Assembly: GCA_942491345.1 (NCBI GenBank)
Contig: CALOAN010000042.1
Coordinates: 54,587-118,586, forward strand
Length of the DNA stretch: 64,000 bases
Direction: 5' to 3'
Source of the DNA: an uncultured actinomycete
Lineage (GTDB): Bacteria > Actinomycetota > Acidimicrobiia > Spongiisociales > UBA5794
The notes beneath the pieces are model-generated. The model did not search any database. It saw only the letters and a program-made list of their open reading frames with translations, and was not told the origin of the DNA. Shown here in pieces: positions 19,886 to 29,596 of this stretch. The stretch's first letter is position 1. The number at the start of each line of letters is the position of its first letter. Position numbers and translations under genes: made by a program.

Positions 19886-21142
19886 ATGGAGCCCTCCCCG
19901 TCCCAACCGAGCGCTGCCACACGTCTGAAGATATCCGGCACCGCCGCCATGATCCTCGGGACGATGGTGAGCGCCTTCTCGGTCTACGTCTACCAAGTGA
20001 TCGCCGGACGGATGCTGGGAACCGACGAATTCGCCCCCATCGGGGTGATGTGGACGGTGATGTTCCTTGTCTTCACCGTGCTGCTGCTGCCGGTCGAGCA
20101 GTACGTCACCCGTCATTTGACGATCACTGGCGGACGAACCGCCGGAGACCGCACGGGAATCATGCTCGTGGGCGGAACAATTGCCCTCGGGATCGTCCTG
20201 GGCGTCGGATTCGTCATTGTGACCCGCGATCGGTTCTTCGACGGGGCCGCCGTCTACGGCGTGGTGATGTTCATCAACCTCGCAGGACGGAGCATGCTCG
20301 CAATCGCTCGCGGGTACCTCGCCGGCCGGCGGAGGTTCCATGCGTACGGCGCAGCGATCGCGATCGAGGGGGTTGCGCTCGTCATTCTCTCCCTGTTCGT
20401 GGCCGCGGTCAGCCCGACAACGCTGGCGTTTGCCATCGCGATGAGCCTCGGGCCGCTTTCGGTACTGCTGGTCCGCCCGTTCTCGGGTGGCTATCGCGGC
20501 GAGCCGTTGCAGGACGCTTCGGCGCAGGGCATCGGGTTCCTCGGTCCGCTGATCATCGCCACCGGCGCCTCGCAACTCGTGCTGTCCGTCGGCCCGATCG
20601 TCGTGGGGTTCGTGGGTGGAACGGCGGCCGCGATCAGTGTCTTCTTCATCACCTTCACGCTGTTCCGGGGCCCGGTCACCTCGTCGTACAACATCGTGGC
20701 CCGGGTGCTGCCCGACTTCACCTCGTTGGCAGCTCGCGGTGAACAGCACCGGTTGAGCGCGTGGGCCGGGAAGCTCGGATTGATCGGTGTCGCCACCATG
20801 ATCGTGTTCGGCGTCTCCGGGTGGATTCTCGGTCCCACGGTCGTCGACTTCCTCTACGGCGGCGAGTTCCGGCCATCGCCCCAGCTTGCCGCACTCGGTG
20901 CCGCAGGTGTGGGCGCAGCGTTGATCGCCCTGTTCCTCAACCAGATCTACATCGCTCGCGGTGAGACCGGCCGCATGGCCCTTGTTTGGGTTTCGAGCCT
21001 TCTGGTGGCCGGGGCGGTGCTTGCCGTGACCACAACCGAGCCGGTGATCAGGGTTGGGACGGCATTCCTGGCGGGTGAAGCGACGGCCATGGTCTTGCTC
21101 GGCGGCGTTGGAACCCTCGCGCATTGGCGGGATCGAGCGTGA
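19886..21142 (+). CDS. polysaccharide/oligosaccharide flippase (Wzx/MOP-superfamily-like), ~12-14 TM
   Basis: Highly hydrophobic 419-aa protein with the periodicity of MOP flippases, located in a glycan locus next to a Wzy-like gene. Confidence 0.55.
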   Translation: MEPSPSQPSAATRLKISGTAAMILGTMVSAFSVYVYQVIAGRMLGTDEFAPIGVMWTVMFLVFTVLLLPVEQYVTRHLTITGGRTAGDRTGIMLVGGTIALGIVLGVGFVIVTRDRFFDGAAVYGVVMFINLAGRSMLAIARGYLAGRRRFHAYGAAIAIEGVALVILSLFVAAVSPTTLAFAIAMSLGPLSVLLVRPFSGGYRGEPLQDASAQGIGFLGPLIIATGASQLVLSVGPIVVGFVGGTAAAISVFFITFTLFRGPVTSSYNIVARVLPDFTSLAARGEQHRLSAWAGKLGLIGVATMIVFGVSGWILGPTVVDFLYGGEFRPSPQLAALGAAGVGAALIALFLNQIYIARGETGRMALVWVSSLLVAGAVLAVTTTEPVIRVGTAFLAGEATAMVLLGGVGTLAHWRDRA

Positions 21143-22452
21143 CATCTCTACTCGAGAGGAGTCGCGAGATTCGGTCGACCGACGTGCGGCGATGGATGGT
21201 CGTCGCCCTCGTGTTCCTGCTGCCGCTCCACACCGTCTTCGTGCCGGCGGGGATCTCATGGAAGCCGTACCTGCTCATCCTCATCGCCCTCGTGGTGTGG
21301 GACTCCGCCGACGGCCTCCGCGACCGGACGTGGCCCTGGGACCTCCGAGCGTCCATTGCGGTCGGCGCGCTCCTCGTTGCGACGACCGTGGGGTGGTCCG
21401 GTCTTCCGGAAGCCCGTGGTGCCCGGCTGTGGCTTGCATTGCTCGCCGGGACACTCCTGCTACTCGTCGTCGAGCGGTCGATTCGCGAATTCAAACTCGA
21501 CCGGCCGGTCATGAGAGGCATCCTGTGGTCGGCGGTCGCCATGGCCGCGACCGCAGCCGTGCTCTCGTTCGTGATTGTCGGGACGTTCGGCGCCGACGTG
21601 ATCGAAACTATCGATGAGGTTCCGGGGATCGACCGCGTCGGAAAAGCGACGTACCTGACCGAGGGCTTCGTCGCGTTGACGAACTGGCATCAGGACCCGG
21701 GGTACGCCGCGGCATGGATGAACCTGTGGGCTGCACTCGTTGTGGCAGCGTGGGCCCGGGGGTGGGCGTTCAGCCGGTGGTGGCTGAACGCAGTGGTCGT
21801 CGGCGGTCTCGGTGCCGGCACGTTCATGACGATGAGCCGAACCGGATGGATCGGCTTCGTGGTCGCGGTGGGAGCGGCGACGCTCTTCACACACTTCCGC
21901 GACCGCATCCCGTGGCTGCACCTTCTGCGGCTGCTCGGCGTGGCGTTCGCCGCAAGTGTGTTCCTCGTTGCGTCATTCTGGGTGGCCGACCGACCCGGCA
22001 TCGGTACCGATCTTGCCGACGCCGTGGAATACCGGCTTTCCCAAGGTGCGTCCCTTGGTGCTCCGATCGAGGGCTTCGTCGAAGAAGGCATCGGAGCGCA
22101 GGACACAAGATCCGTCGTGTGGCCCCGATACGTCAACGCCTATCAGACCCACCCGATCTCCGGCATCGGTCTCGGCGTCGGCTGGGCGACGCCAAGCATG
22201 CAGGAACCTCACAACCTGGTTCTGCAGCTCCTCGGCGAGACCGGCCTGCTCGGCCTGTTCGCTTTTGCCGCGGTCGTGTACGTCATTTTGGCCCGGGGCG
22301 GAGGGACGATCGGGGCGATCGCACTGGTTGTCGTCGCCTCAACCGCAATGACCCAGACCGTTTTCTTCGAACCCACCTTATGGTTTTCCGGTGCTCTCTA
22401 TCTTGGAAAAGCCGGAGTCGATCGAACGAATCTCCATTCAAGCGGCGCCTGA
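21124..22452 (+). CDS. O-antigen ligase/polymerase family membrane protein (Wzy/WaaL-like)
   Basis: Multi-TM protein with the characteristic FMTMSRTGWIGFVVAV O-antigen-ligase-domain loop. Confidence 0.6.
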   Translation: MAGSSVTSLLERSREIRSTDVRRWMVVALVFLLPLHTVFVPAGISWKPYLLILIALVVWDSADGLRDRTWPWDLRASIAVGALLVATTVGWSGLPEARGARLWLALLAGTLLLLVVERSIREFKLDRPVMRGILWSAVAMAATAAVLSFVIVGTFGADVIETIDEVPGIDRVGKATYLTEGFVALTNWHQDPGYAAAWMNLWAALVVAAWARGWAFSRWWLNAVVVGGLGAGTFMTMSRTGWIGFVVAVGAATLFTHFRDRIPWLHLLRLLGVAFAASVFLVASFWVADRPGIGTDLADAVEYRLSQGASLGAPIEGFVEEGIGAQDTRSVVWPRYVNAYQTHPISGIGLGVGWATPSMQEPHNLVLQLLGETGLLGLFAFAAVVYVILARGGGTIGAIALVVVASTAMTQTVFFEPTLWFSGALYLGKAGVDRTNLHSSGA

Positions 22453-22472
22453 ACGGCGCCGATAACGTCGTA

Positions 22473-24218
22473 ATGAGGGGTCTTCGTCGCTGGACCGTGG
22501 TGCTCGCGTTCGTCGGGCTGATCGTGTCGGTCGCGCCGTCAGCCGGTGCCGGCGAGATCGTCATCGAAGACGAGGTCCACAGCGGCATCTACTCCTCTGA
22601 GTTCTTTTCCTCGAGCGATTTCGATGCACTTGGCAGCGCAGCAGGCGGCCGAGCGACGTTCGGCGGGACCTTCCACGACATCGCAGAGAACGATTCTGCG
22701 AGCGGCGGCTGGTCGAACACGCGGGAGCTGCTCGACGAGGTCTGGCGAGGGAGGGCGACGCCGTTCGCGAGTGTGATCGTGAACGCCTCGGCCTACGCAG
22801 TCGCAGCCGGCCAGTTCGATGCCAAGATCCACGAGTGGGCTTCACACGTCGAGCAGTACCTCAACAAGGGCGAAGGCCGCAGTCTCATCATCGCCCCGCT
22901 CCAGGAGGCGAACGGCACATGGATTCCCTACGGATGCGACCCAGGGAACTTCAAGGGTGCCTACCGCAAGTTCGTTGACATCTTCCGCAGCCGCGGACTT
23001 GACGAAACCAAGGTCCGCTGGGCGTTTGCGCCGAACGGGTGGACGTCACAAGGCTGCGGATCGCTGTCGGACTACTACCCGGGCGACGACTACGTCGACG
23101 TCCTGTCGTTCTCCGGATACAACTTCGGGACGTGTCTCTCGACCAAGTGGGAAAGCGTTGCCGAGGTCGTCGACTTCGCGATCAGTGAACTGACGGCCAT
23201 CAACTCGACCAAGCCGATCGTGATCTCACAGACGGCGGCGGGACGCTCCTGCGGTGGAGACCAGTCCCAGTGGGTGCGAGACCTCTTCGCACATCTCAAA
23301 GCGAAATCGAATGTGTTCGGATTCATCTGGTTCAACCTCAACAAGGAGACCGATTGGCGCGTCTGGACCGGTTCGTGGGTGTCTCCCGGCTGGCAGGACG
23401 GCACCAAGACCGCGAGCTACCAGTGGCCGCTCACCGACTGGTTCGCACGCGGCCCGCTTGTGATCGCTCCTCCGACGCCCCAGACCCCACCCTGTCCCAA
23501 CGGTTTGTGCGACTCGGTCGGACTGGTAGATGCGGGGGGTGAATGGCAGTTGTGGGACGGGCTAGGTTCCGGATCTGGCCTGGACGGGTTCTACTTCGGA
23601 AACCCCGGCGACGTTCCGTTCATGGGAGATTGGGACGGAGACGGAGTCGCCACACCGGGGCTCTATCGGCGCTCTGACGGGTTCGTGTACCTGAGGAACT
23701 CGAATACGCAGGGGGTTGCAGATACAACGTTCTACTTCGGGAATCCCGGAGACTGGCCGTTGGTCGGCGACTTCAACGGGGATGGGAAGGACACCGTTTC
23801 GATCTTCCGCGAATCCGAGGCACGTGTCTACGTGGTGAATCGTCTGGGTGTCAACGGCGGCGGACTGGGCGCGGCCGACTACAACTTCTACTTCGGGAAC
23901 CCGGGTGACGTCCCGTTTGTCGGCGACTTCGACGGCAACGGAATCGACTCCGTTGGGTTGTATCGCCAGTCTTCCGGGTTCGTGTACTTCAGAAACGCAC
24001 TGTCGACGGGTATCGCCCACCTGGAGTTCTTCTACGGCAATCCGGGCGACGTGATTCTGGCCGGTGATTGGGACGGCAATGGTGACGACACAGTGGCGGT
24101 CTTCCGGCCCTCGGACGGCCGTGTATATGTGAATCTGAAGAACGCACCAACGGCGGCCGACTACTACGTCTACGTGGGGTCCTATCCCAACGCCGTGACC
24201 TGGTCCCGAGGTCGCTAG
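22473..24218 (+). CDS. secreted GH26-like (clan GH-A) glycoside hydrolase fused to a C-terminal FG-GAP-like repeat propeller domain
   Basis: Signal peptide (MRGLRRWTVVLAFVGLIVSVAPSAGA); APLQEANGTW resembles the GH26 acid/base motif; 6-7 C-terminal repeats FYFGNPGDVPFMGDWDGDGVATPGLYRRSDGFVYLRNSNTQGVAD. Confidence 0.6.
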   Translation: MRGLRRWTVVLAFVGLIVSVAPSAGAGEIVIEDEVHSGIYSSEFFSSSDFDALGSAAGGRATFGGTFHDIAENDSASGGWSNTRELLDEVWRGRATPFASVIVNASAYAVAAGQFDAKIHEWASHVEQYLNKGEGRSLIIAPLQEANGTWIPYGCDPGNFKGAYRKFVDIFRSRGLDETKVRWAFAPNGWTSQGCGSLSDYYPGDDYVDVLSFSGYNFGTCLSTKWESVAEVVDFAISELTAINSTKPIVISQTAAGRSCGGDQSQWVRDLFAHLKAKSNVFGFIWFNLNKETDWRVWTGSWVSPGWQDGTKTASYQWPLTDWFARGPLVIAPPTPQTPPCPNGLCDSVGLVDAGGEWQLWDGLGSGSGLDGFYFGNPGDVPFMGDWDGDGVATPGLYRRSDGFVYLRNSNTQGVADTTFYFGNPGDWPLVGDFNGDGKDTVSIFRESEARVYVVNRLGVNGGGLGAADYNFYFGNPGDVPFVGDFDGNGIDSVGLYRQSSGFVYFRNALSTGIAHLEFFYGNPGDVILAGDWDGNGDDTVAVFRPSDGRVYVNLKNAPTAADYYVYVGSYPNAVTWSRGR

Positions 24219-24221
24219 GGC

Positions 24222-25775
24222 ATGGCGGCGCGCCAACTGCTGCTCCTCCCGGCGATGATTGTCGGGTTCGTCGTGGCTCTTGGGGTTGCACCGGCACTTG
24301 CCGGAGAGGTCACGGCCGAAGAGCAGCAGTTCATCTACGACCTCAACGAAGCCAGGCGCGACCCGGCTGCCTATGCCGCAACCCACCTCTCGGGCTCACT
24401 GCGGGATCTCATCGCGAGCTACCAGGCTCGCCCGCCGGTCGCCGTCGGCGACGTCATCAGTGATGCTGCTCAGCTTCGGACCGACGACATGGTGGCGTAT
24501 AGCTACTTCGCCCACTACAACCCAATCACCGGATTCGGCCCACCGCAAGCACTGGCGCAGGTGGACTACGACTGGACGAGTTGGGGTGAGAACATCGGCC
24601 GCGGCTATCAGACCCCGTCCTCGATGCTGATCGGCTTTCTCAGCTCGAACTCCGGGCATCGCGAATCGGTCATGGGTCAGGGATCGATCCCACAGACCTT
24701 CCGCGAGATCGGAGTCGGACATCACGCAACCAGCAACACGTGGACCGTCATCCTGGCCCGGCCGGGGAACACGGAACCGGCTCTCACGGGTGTGGTCTAC
24801 GACGACAAGAACAACAACAACCGGATGGACCTGGGTGAGGGCGCAGGCGGTGTCTCGGTGAGTGCCGGCTCTGCAACGGTTCAGACCAACCAGGGCGGAG
24901 GATGGTCGATACCCATAGGTCCGGGAACATGGGAAGTCACCGCATCGGGTGGGGGCCTCCCGAGCACCCTGCGAACCTCAGCAGTGATGGCCTCGACCAA
25001 CGTGTGGATCGAATTCGAGTCCGAGCCGCTCCCGGACCCGCGGCCCGCACCCTGCGCCGGAGCTACCTGTGATTCGGTCGGGCTGGTTGATGATGGAAGC
25101 CAGTGGCATCTGTGGGCCAGCCCGGAAGTAGGCGACGGCATGGACGCGTTCTTCTTCGGCAATCCCGGCGACGTTCCGTTCATGGGGGACTGGAACGGTG
25201 ACGGAGTCGCAACGCCTGGTCTCTATCGGCAATCGGACGGCTACGTCTACCTGAGGAACACCAACTCCCAGGGCAACGCCGACATCAAGTTCTACTTTGG
25301 GAACCCCGGCGACGTGCCGATCGTCGGTGACTTCAACGGCAACGGCCGAGACACGGTGTCGATCTACCGTCCGTCGAACCAGACGTTCTACATCATCAAC
25401 CAATTGGGGTCCAATGATGACGGCCTCGGCGCTGCCGACTACTCCTACCTGTTCGGGAATCCGGGTGACCTGCCGTTCGTCGGTGACTTCGACGGCAACG
25501 GAATTGACAGTGTCGGCCTGTATCGCCAGTCCACCGGTTTCGTCTACTTCCGGAACTCGCTGACGACGGGGATCGCAGAACTCGAGTTCTACTACGGCAA
25601 CCCGGGTGATGTGATTCTCGCAGGCGACTGGGATGGAGACGGGGACGACACGGTCGCGGTCTATCGACCGTCCGACGGCCGGGTGTACATAAACCTGTCG
25701 AATGCGCCAACAGTGGCCGACTACTACGTCTATGTTGGGACCTACCCCAACGCCGTCGCCTGGCAACGAAGCTAG
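24222..25775 (+). CDS. secreted CAP/SCP/PR1-like domain protein fused to a C-terminal FG-GAP-like repeat domain
   Basis: Signal peptide; GENIGRGYQ...SNSGHRESVM CAP motifs; same C-terminal repeats and CxxxCDSVGLVD linker. Confidence 0.6.
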   Translation: MAARQLLLLPAMIVGFVVALGVAPALAGEVTAEEQQFIYDLNEARRDPAAYAATHLSGSLRDLIASYQARPPVAVGDVISDAAQLRTDDMVAYSYFAHYNPITGFGPPQALAQVDYDWTSWGENIGRGYQTPSSMLIGFLSSNSGHRESVMGQGSIPQTFREIGVGHHATSNTWTVILARPGNTEPALTGVVYDDKNNNNRMDLGEGAGGVSVSAGSATVQTNQGGGWSIPIGPGTWEVTASGGGLPSTLRTSAVMASTNVWIEFESEPLPDPRPAPCAGATCDSVGLVDDGSQWHLWASPEVGDGMDAFFFGNPGDVPFMGDWNGDGVATPGLYRQSDGYVYLRNTNSQGNADIKFYFGNPGDVPIVGDFNGNGRDTVSIYRPSNQTFYIINQLGSNDDGLGAADYSYLFGNPGDLPFVGDFDGNGIDSVGLYRQSTGFVYFRNSLTTGIAELEFYYGNPGDVILAGDWDGDGDDTVAVYRPSDGRVYINLSNAPTVADYYVYVGTYPNAVAWQRS

Positions 25776-25794
25776 ATCGCAGAGAACACCGAAC

Positions 25795-27759
25795 ATGGAC
25801 GAGTCACCACCAAAGCAACGAGTCGCGTCCGCACTGCTCGTTGCAGTCACCTTCGCGGCAGTCTTGATCGCTATCCCGCACGGCGCCAGGGCCGACGAAA
25901 CCGAGCTCCCGATCGTGCCGGATTCCGGCATGCTGGCCGACGAGCCGTTTCTCGTCCAGCTCGATCCAAACTCGACGCGATACTCGGCTTCCTCAGATGG
26001 GGACTGGGTGATCCGCGATGCTCGCCCCGGTGAATCGATCCAAGCTGCCTATGAGCGCCTCGCCTCGACGCCGGGAGTGAAGGATGTCGCCTTCAATTAC
26101 CGCTATGCGGCCCACGGTGTGCCGAACGATCCCTTGTTCGCATCGCAGTGGAACCTCCAGCAGATCAACACACCAATCGCCTGGGACTTCGGCGACGGCA
26201 CCGGAACCGTCGTGGCGGTGCTCGACTCCGGGGTTGGTGTGGATGGACAGGACCTTGCGTGCCACGAGTTCGTGGATCCCTACAACGGGATCACGGGCGA
26301 GGAAGGTCTCGCCGCCGTGCTTGACGACAACGGGCATGGCACCCATGTCACAGGAACGATTGCCCAGTGCACCAACAACGGCATCGGCGCGGCCGGCGTC
26401 GCTCCGGGAGCTTCGATCATGCCCGTCAAAGTCATGGACAAAGACGCAATGGCCTCCACGCTGACGATATACCGGGGCATGGTCTGGGCGATAGAACACG
26501 ACGCGGATGTGATCAACCTCTCTCTCGGGCTGGACTGCACCGCTCCATGGCCGACGTGCTCGGACAACGTCATCGACTTTCTGGTGGAAGAAGCGCACGA
26601 AGCCGGCATCGTTGTTGTTGCATCGAGCGGCAACGACGGGAGCGCGTTCGTTTCCTCACCGGCGAACCATCCTCTGACGATCGCCGTCGGGGCTACAACG
26701 ATCGCCGACGTGGCTGCCGAGTACAGCGCACACGGAGACGCACTCGATGTGGTTGCGCCCGGCGGCTCGAGATACGCCGGCATTTGGCAAGAGACGTTCG
26801 ATGAATTCGGGGTGTGGGGCTACTACATGTGGAACGGAACGTCGATGTCCGCTCCGCACGTGACCGGGGCGGTGGCACTCATGCTTTCGGTGAACCCGAA
26901 CGCCTCGCCCGAGTATGTCCGCGACATGCTGACCGAGTCGGCAATCGACATCGAAGAGCCCGGGTGGGATGAGACCAGTGGCTACGGGCGTATCGACGCT
27001 GCTGCCGCCGTTCAAGCGATCCGCTTCGACCCGAGCGATCCGTGTCCGACGACTGAGGACTGCAGCGGCATCTTCACCGTGGGCCAATCGGGGGTGTGGT
27101 CCCTCATGCCCGATCTCTCGGAGCCTTCCATCGCGGATTTCTACTACGGCGTGCCGGGCGACATTGCGTTCTCGGGCGACTGGAACTGCGACGGCACGAG
27201 GACCCCGGGCCTCTATCGCCAGTCGGATGGGTTTGTGTATCTCCGCAACTCGAATACCCAGGGAATTGCGGACATCACGTTCTACTTCGGAAACCCCGGC
27301 GACATCCCGATCGCCGGCGATTTCAACGGCGATGGCTGCGACACCGTCTCCTTGTACCGCGCGACCGAAGGCCGCGTCTACGTGATCAACCGCCTCGGTG
27401 AGGACGGCGGGGGCCTAGGCGCAGCGGATCTCGACTACTACTTCGGAGACCCGGGTGACAAGCCGTTCGCCGGCGATTTCAACGGCGATGGTGTTGACAC
27501 GATCGGGCTCCACCGGGAGTACACCGGGCTCGTCTACTTCCGCAACTACCACGCGCAGGGCATTGCAGATTCCTCGTTCATCTACGGCGACCCGGACGAT
27601 CAGATCCTCGCCGGCGATTGGAACGGGGACGGGGTGGACACGGTCGCCGTATACCGCCCATCCGTCGGCATTCTGTACGTCAAGCTCAGCAACGCACAGG
27701 GTGTCGCCGACTACGAATACTCGATCGGGCCCTATTCTCAAGTGATACGGGCCGGGTAG
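25795..27759 (+). CDS. secreted subtilisin-like S8 serine protease fused to a C-terminal FG-GAP-like repeat domain
   Basis: Asp/His/Ser triad motifs (VLDSGVGVDG; HGTHVTGTIA; GTSMSAPHVTGAVALM) and C-terminal repeats. Confidence 0.75.
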   Translation: MDESPPKQRVASALLVAVTFAAVLIAIPHGARADETELPIVPDSGMLADEPFLVQLDPNSTRYSASSDGDWVIRDARPGESIQAAYERLASTPGVKDVAFNYRYAAHGVPNDPLFASQWNLQQINTPIAWDFGDGTGTVVAVLDSGVGVDGQDLACHEFVDPYNGITGEEGLAAVLDDNGHGTHVTGTIAQCTNNGIGAAGVAPGASIMPVKVMDKDAMASTLTIYRGMVWAIEHDADVINLSLGLDCTAPWPTCSDNVIDFLVEEAHEAGIVVVASSGNDGSAFVSSPANHPLTIAVGATTIADVAAEYSAHGDALDVVAPGGSRYAGIWQETFDEFGVWGYYMWNGTSMSAPHVTGAVALMLSVNPNASPEYVRDMLTESAIDIEEPGWDETSGYGRIDAAAAVQAIRFDPSDPCPTTEDCSGIFTVGQSGVWSLMPDLSEPSIADFYYGVPGDIAFSGDWNCDGTRTPGLYRQSDGFVYLRNSNTQGIADITFYFGNPGDIPIAGDFNGDGCDTVSLYRATEGRVYVINRLGEDGGGLGAADLDYYFGDPGDKPFAGDFNGDGVDTIGLHREYTGLVYFRNYHAQGIADSSFIYGDPDDQILAGDWNGDGVDTVAVYRPSVGILYVKLSNAQGVADYEYSIGPYSQVIRAG

Positions 27760-27822
27760 TTCGCGAACCGCCGGCCCTGTGACCAGCCCGACGAAACGTC
27801 GCCGACCCCTTTCACGGATCCG

Positions 27823-29235
27823 ATGATTCAAGATTCTCCATCCGCAGGCCGAAGACTTCCCATGGGGCCATTTCCCGTCGACCGCCCGCGCCGCCTGCTG
27901 CGCCTGACGGTGGCTGCGCTCGCCGTCGTCGTGGCGTTTGCCGCAATCCCCGCATGGGCCGACTACCCGATGCCGGCACAGCCCGATCCGCTTCCCGCCC
28001 CCGCCGAGGACGGCCTGTACCCGATGATCTTCCCCGTCCAGGGCGACAACTACTTCTCCGACACATGGGGCGCCTGCAGAAGCGGTTGCAGCCGCGGGCA
28101 CCTCGGTGTCGACATCCTCACGTACGGCGTCAAGGGAGTTCCGGTAGTCGCCGCCGCTGCCGGCACGATCGACTGGGTCAGCAGCACCTGCTGCGCCATC
28201 TCGATCAACCACGACGACGGCTGGAAGAGCTACTACATCCACCTCAACAACGACACGCCCGGGACCGACGACGGCCAAGGCTGGGGTATCGCCGACGGCC
28301 TCGAATCAGGCTCCCACGTCGAGGCGGGACAACTCATCGGATGGGTCGGCGACTCCGGCAACGCTGAAGGTGTCAGCCCGCATCTCCACTGGGAGTTGTG
28401 GGCCCCGGTTGATCTCGACGCCGACGACTGGCGCGACCGTCACCAGGCGATCAATCCAACGCCCCACGCTTCGGCGGCCGACGTGCCGCTCCCGGATCCG
28501 CGGCCGGCGCCGTGTGCAGACGGAGTGTGTGATTCGGTCGGTCTGATCGACGAGGGCGGCCTGTGGACGTTGTGGGACGGCCTGGAGGTCGGCGACGGCC
28601 TGGACGGCTTCTTCTTCGGGAATCCCGGCGACGTCCCGTTCATGGGGGACTGGGACGGTGACGGGGTCGCGACGCCAGGCCTCTATCGACAGTCCGATGG
28701 GTTCGTCTACGTACGCGACACGAACACCGAAGGAGTCGCCGATTCGGAGTTCTTCTTCGGGAATCCCGGAGACTGGCCGCTGGTCGGCGACTTCGACGGC
28801 GACGGCAAGGACTCGGTCTCGATCTTCCGCGAGTCCGAGGCGCGGGTGTATGTGATCAACCGGCTCGGCGAAGACGGGGGCGGGTTGGGCGCAGCGGACT
28901 ACGACTTCTACTTCGGGAATCCGGGAGATGTTCCGTTCGTCGGCGACTTCGACGGCGACGGGATCGACACCGTCGGGCTGTACCGCCAGTCGTCCGGGTT
29001 CGCCTACTTCCGGAACTCACTGACGACCGGCGTCGCCGATTTCGAGTTCTTCTACGGAGATCCCGGCGACGTGATCTTGGCTGGCGACTGGGACGGCGAC
29101 GGAGACGATACGGTGGCGGTATATCGGCCATCGGACGGCAAGGTCTACGTGAATCTGGAGAACGCGGCGACGGTCGCCGACTACTGGGTCTACGTCGGTT
29201 CCTACACGAACGCCGTCGCCTGGTCCCGCAGCTAA
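27823..29235 (+). CDS. secreted M23 (LytM-type) metallopeptidase fused to a C-terminal FG-GAP-like repeat domain
   Basis: GHLGVDIL...HLHWELW zinc-binding motifs; possible Tat-type RRLLRL signal; C-terminal repeats. Confidence 0.7.
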   Translation: MIQDSPSAGRRLPMGPFPVDRPRRLLRLTVAALAVVVAFAAIPAWADYPMPAQPDPLPAPAEDGLYPMIFPVQGDNYFSDTWGACRSGCSRGHLGVDILTYGVKGVPVVAAAAGTIDWVSSTCCAISINHDDGWKSYYIHLNNDTPGTDDGQGWGIADGLESGSHVEAGQLIGWVGDSGNAEGVSPHLHWELWAPVDLDADDWRDRHQAINPTPHASAADVPLPDPRPAPCADGVCDSVGLIDEGGLWTLWDGLEVGDGLDGFFFGNPGDVPFMGDWDGDGVATPGLYRQSDGFVYVRDTNTEGVADSEFFFGNPGDWPLVGDFDGDGKDSVSIFRESEARVYVINRLGEDGGGLGAADYDFYFGNPGDVPFVGDFDGDGIDTVGLYRQSSGFAYFRNSLTTGVADFEFFYGDPGDVILAGDWDGDGDDTVAVYRPSDGKVYVNLENAATVADYWVYVGSYTNAVAWSRS

Positions 29236-29470
29236 GGCGAACCCAGGGTTCTCCACCCCGTATGCGGCGCTGTCAGCCCGCGGAATGGATGGCGCTGCGA
29301 ACCCAGGGTTCTCCACCCCGTATGCGGCGCTGTCAGCCCGCGGAATGGGTGGCGCTGCGAACCCAGGGTTCTCCACCCCGTATGCGGCGCTGTCAGCCCG
29401 CGGAATGGGTGGCGCTGCGAACCCAGGGTTCTCCACCCCGTATGCGGCGCTGTCAGCCCGCGGAATCGGT
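29231..29470. repeat. 4 x 60-bp near-identical tandem direct repeats
   Basis: cgaacccagggttctccaccccgtatgcggcgctgtcagcccgcggaatgg[ag]tggcgctg repeated four times with no spacers. Confidence 0.9.
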
Positions 29471-29596
29471 GGCGCGCGCATCGTACGTCAAGAGGGTCAT
29501 ACGGTTCAGGTGTGTCACCCGCCGTGGTGGGCCCGGTGCCGAGGGCTTCGCCGACTCGGGGAGAGAAGGAGCACCGAAGGATGGCTCGCGCGGAGC

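Noticed and set aside
29231-29470. CRISPR-like 60-bp periodicity
   Set aside because: Four head-to-tail near-identical copies with no spacers; a minisatellite, not CRISPR.
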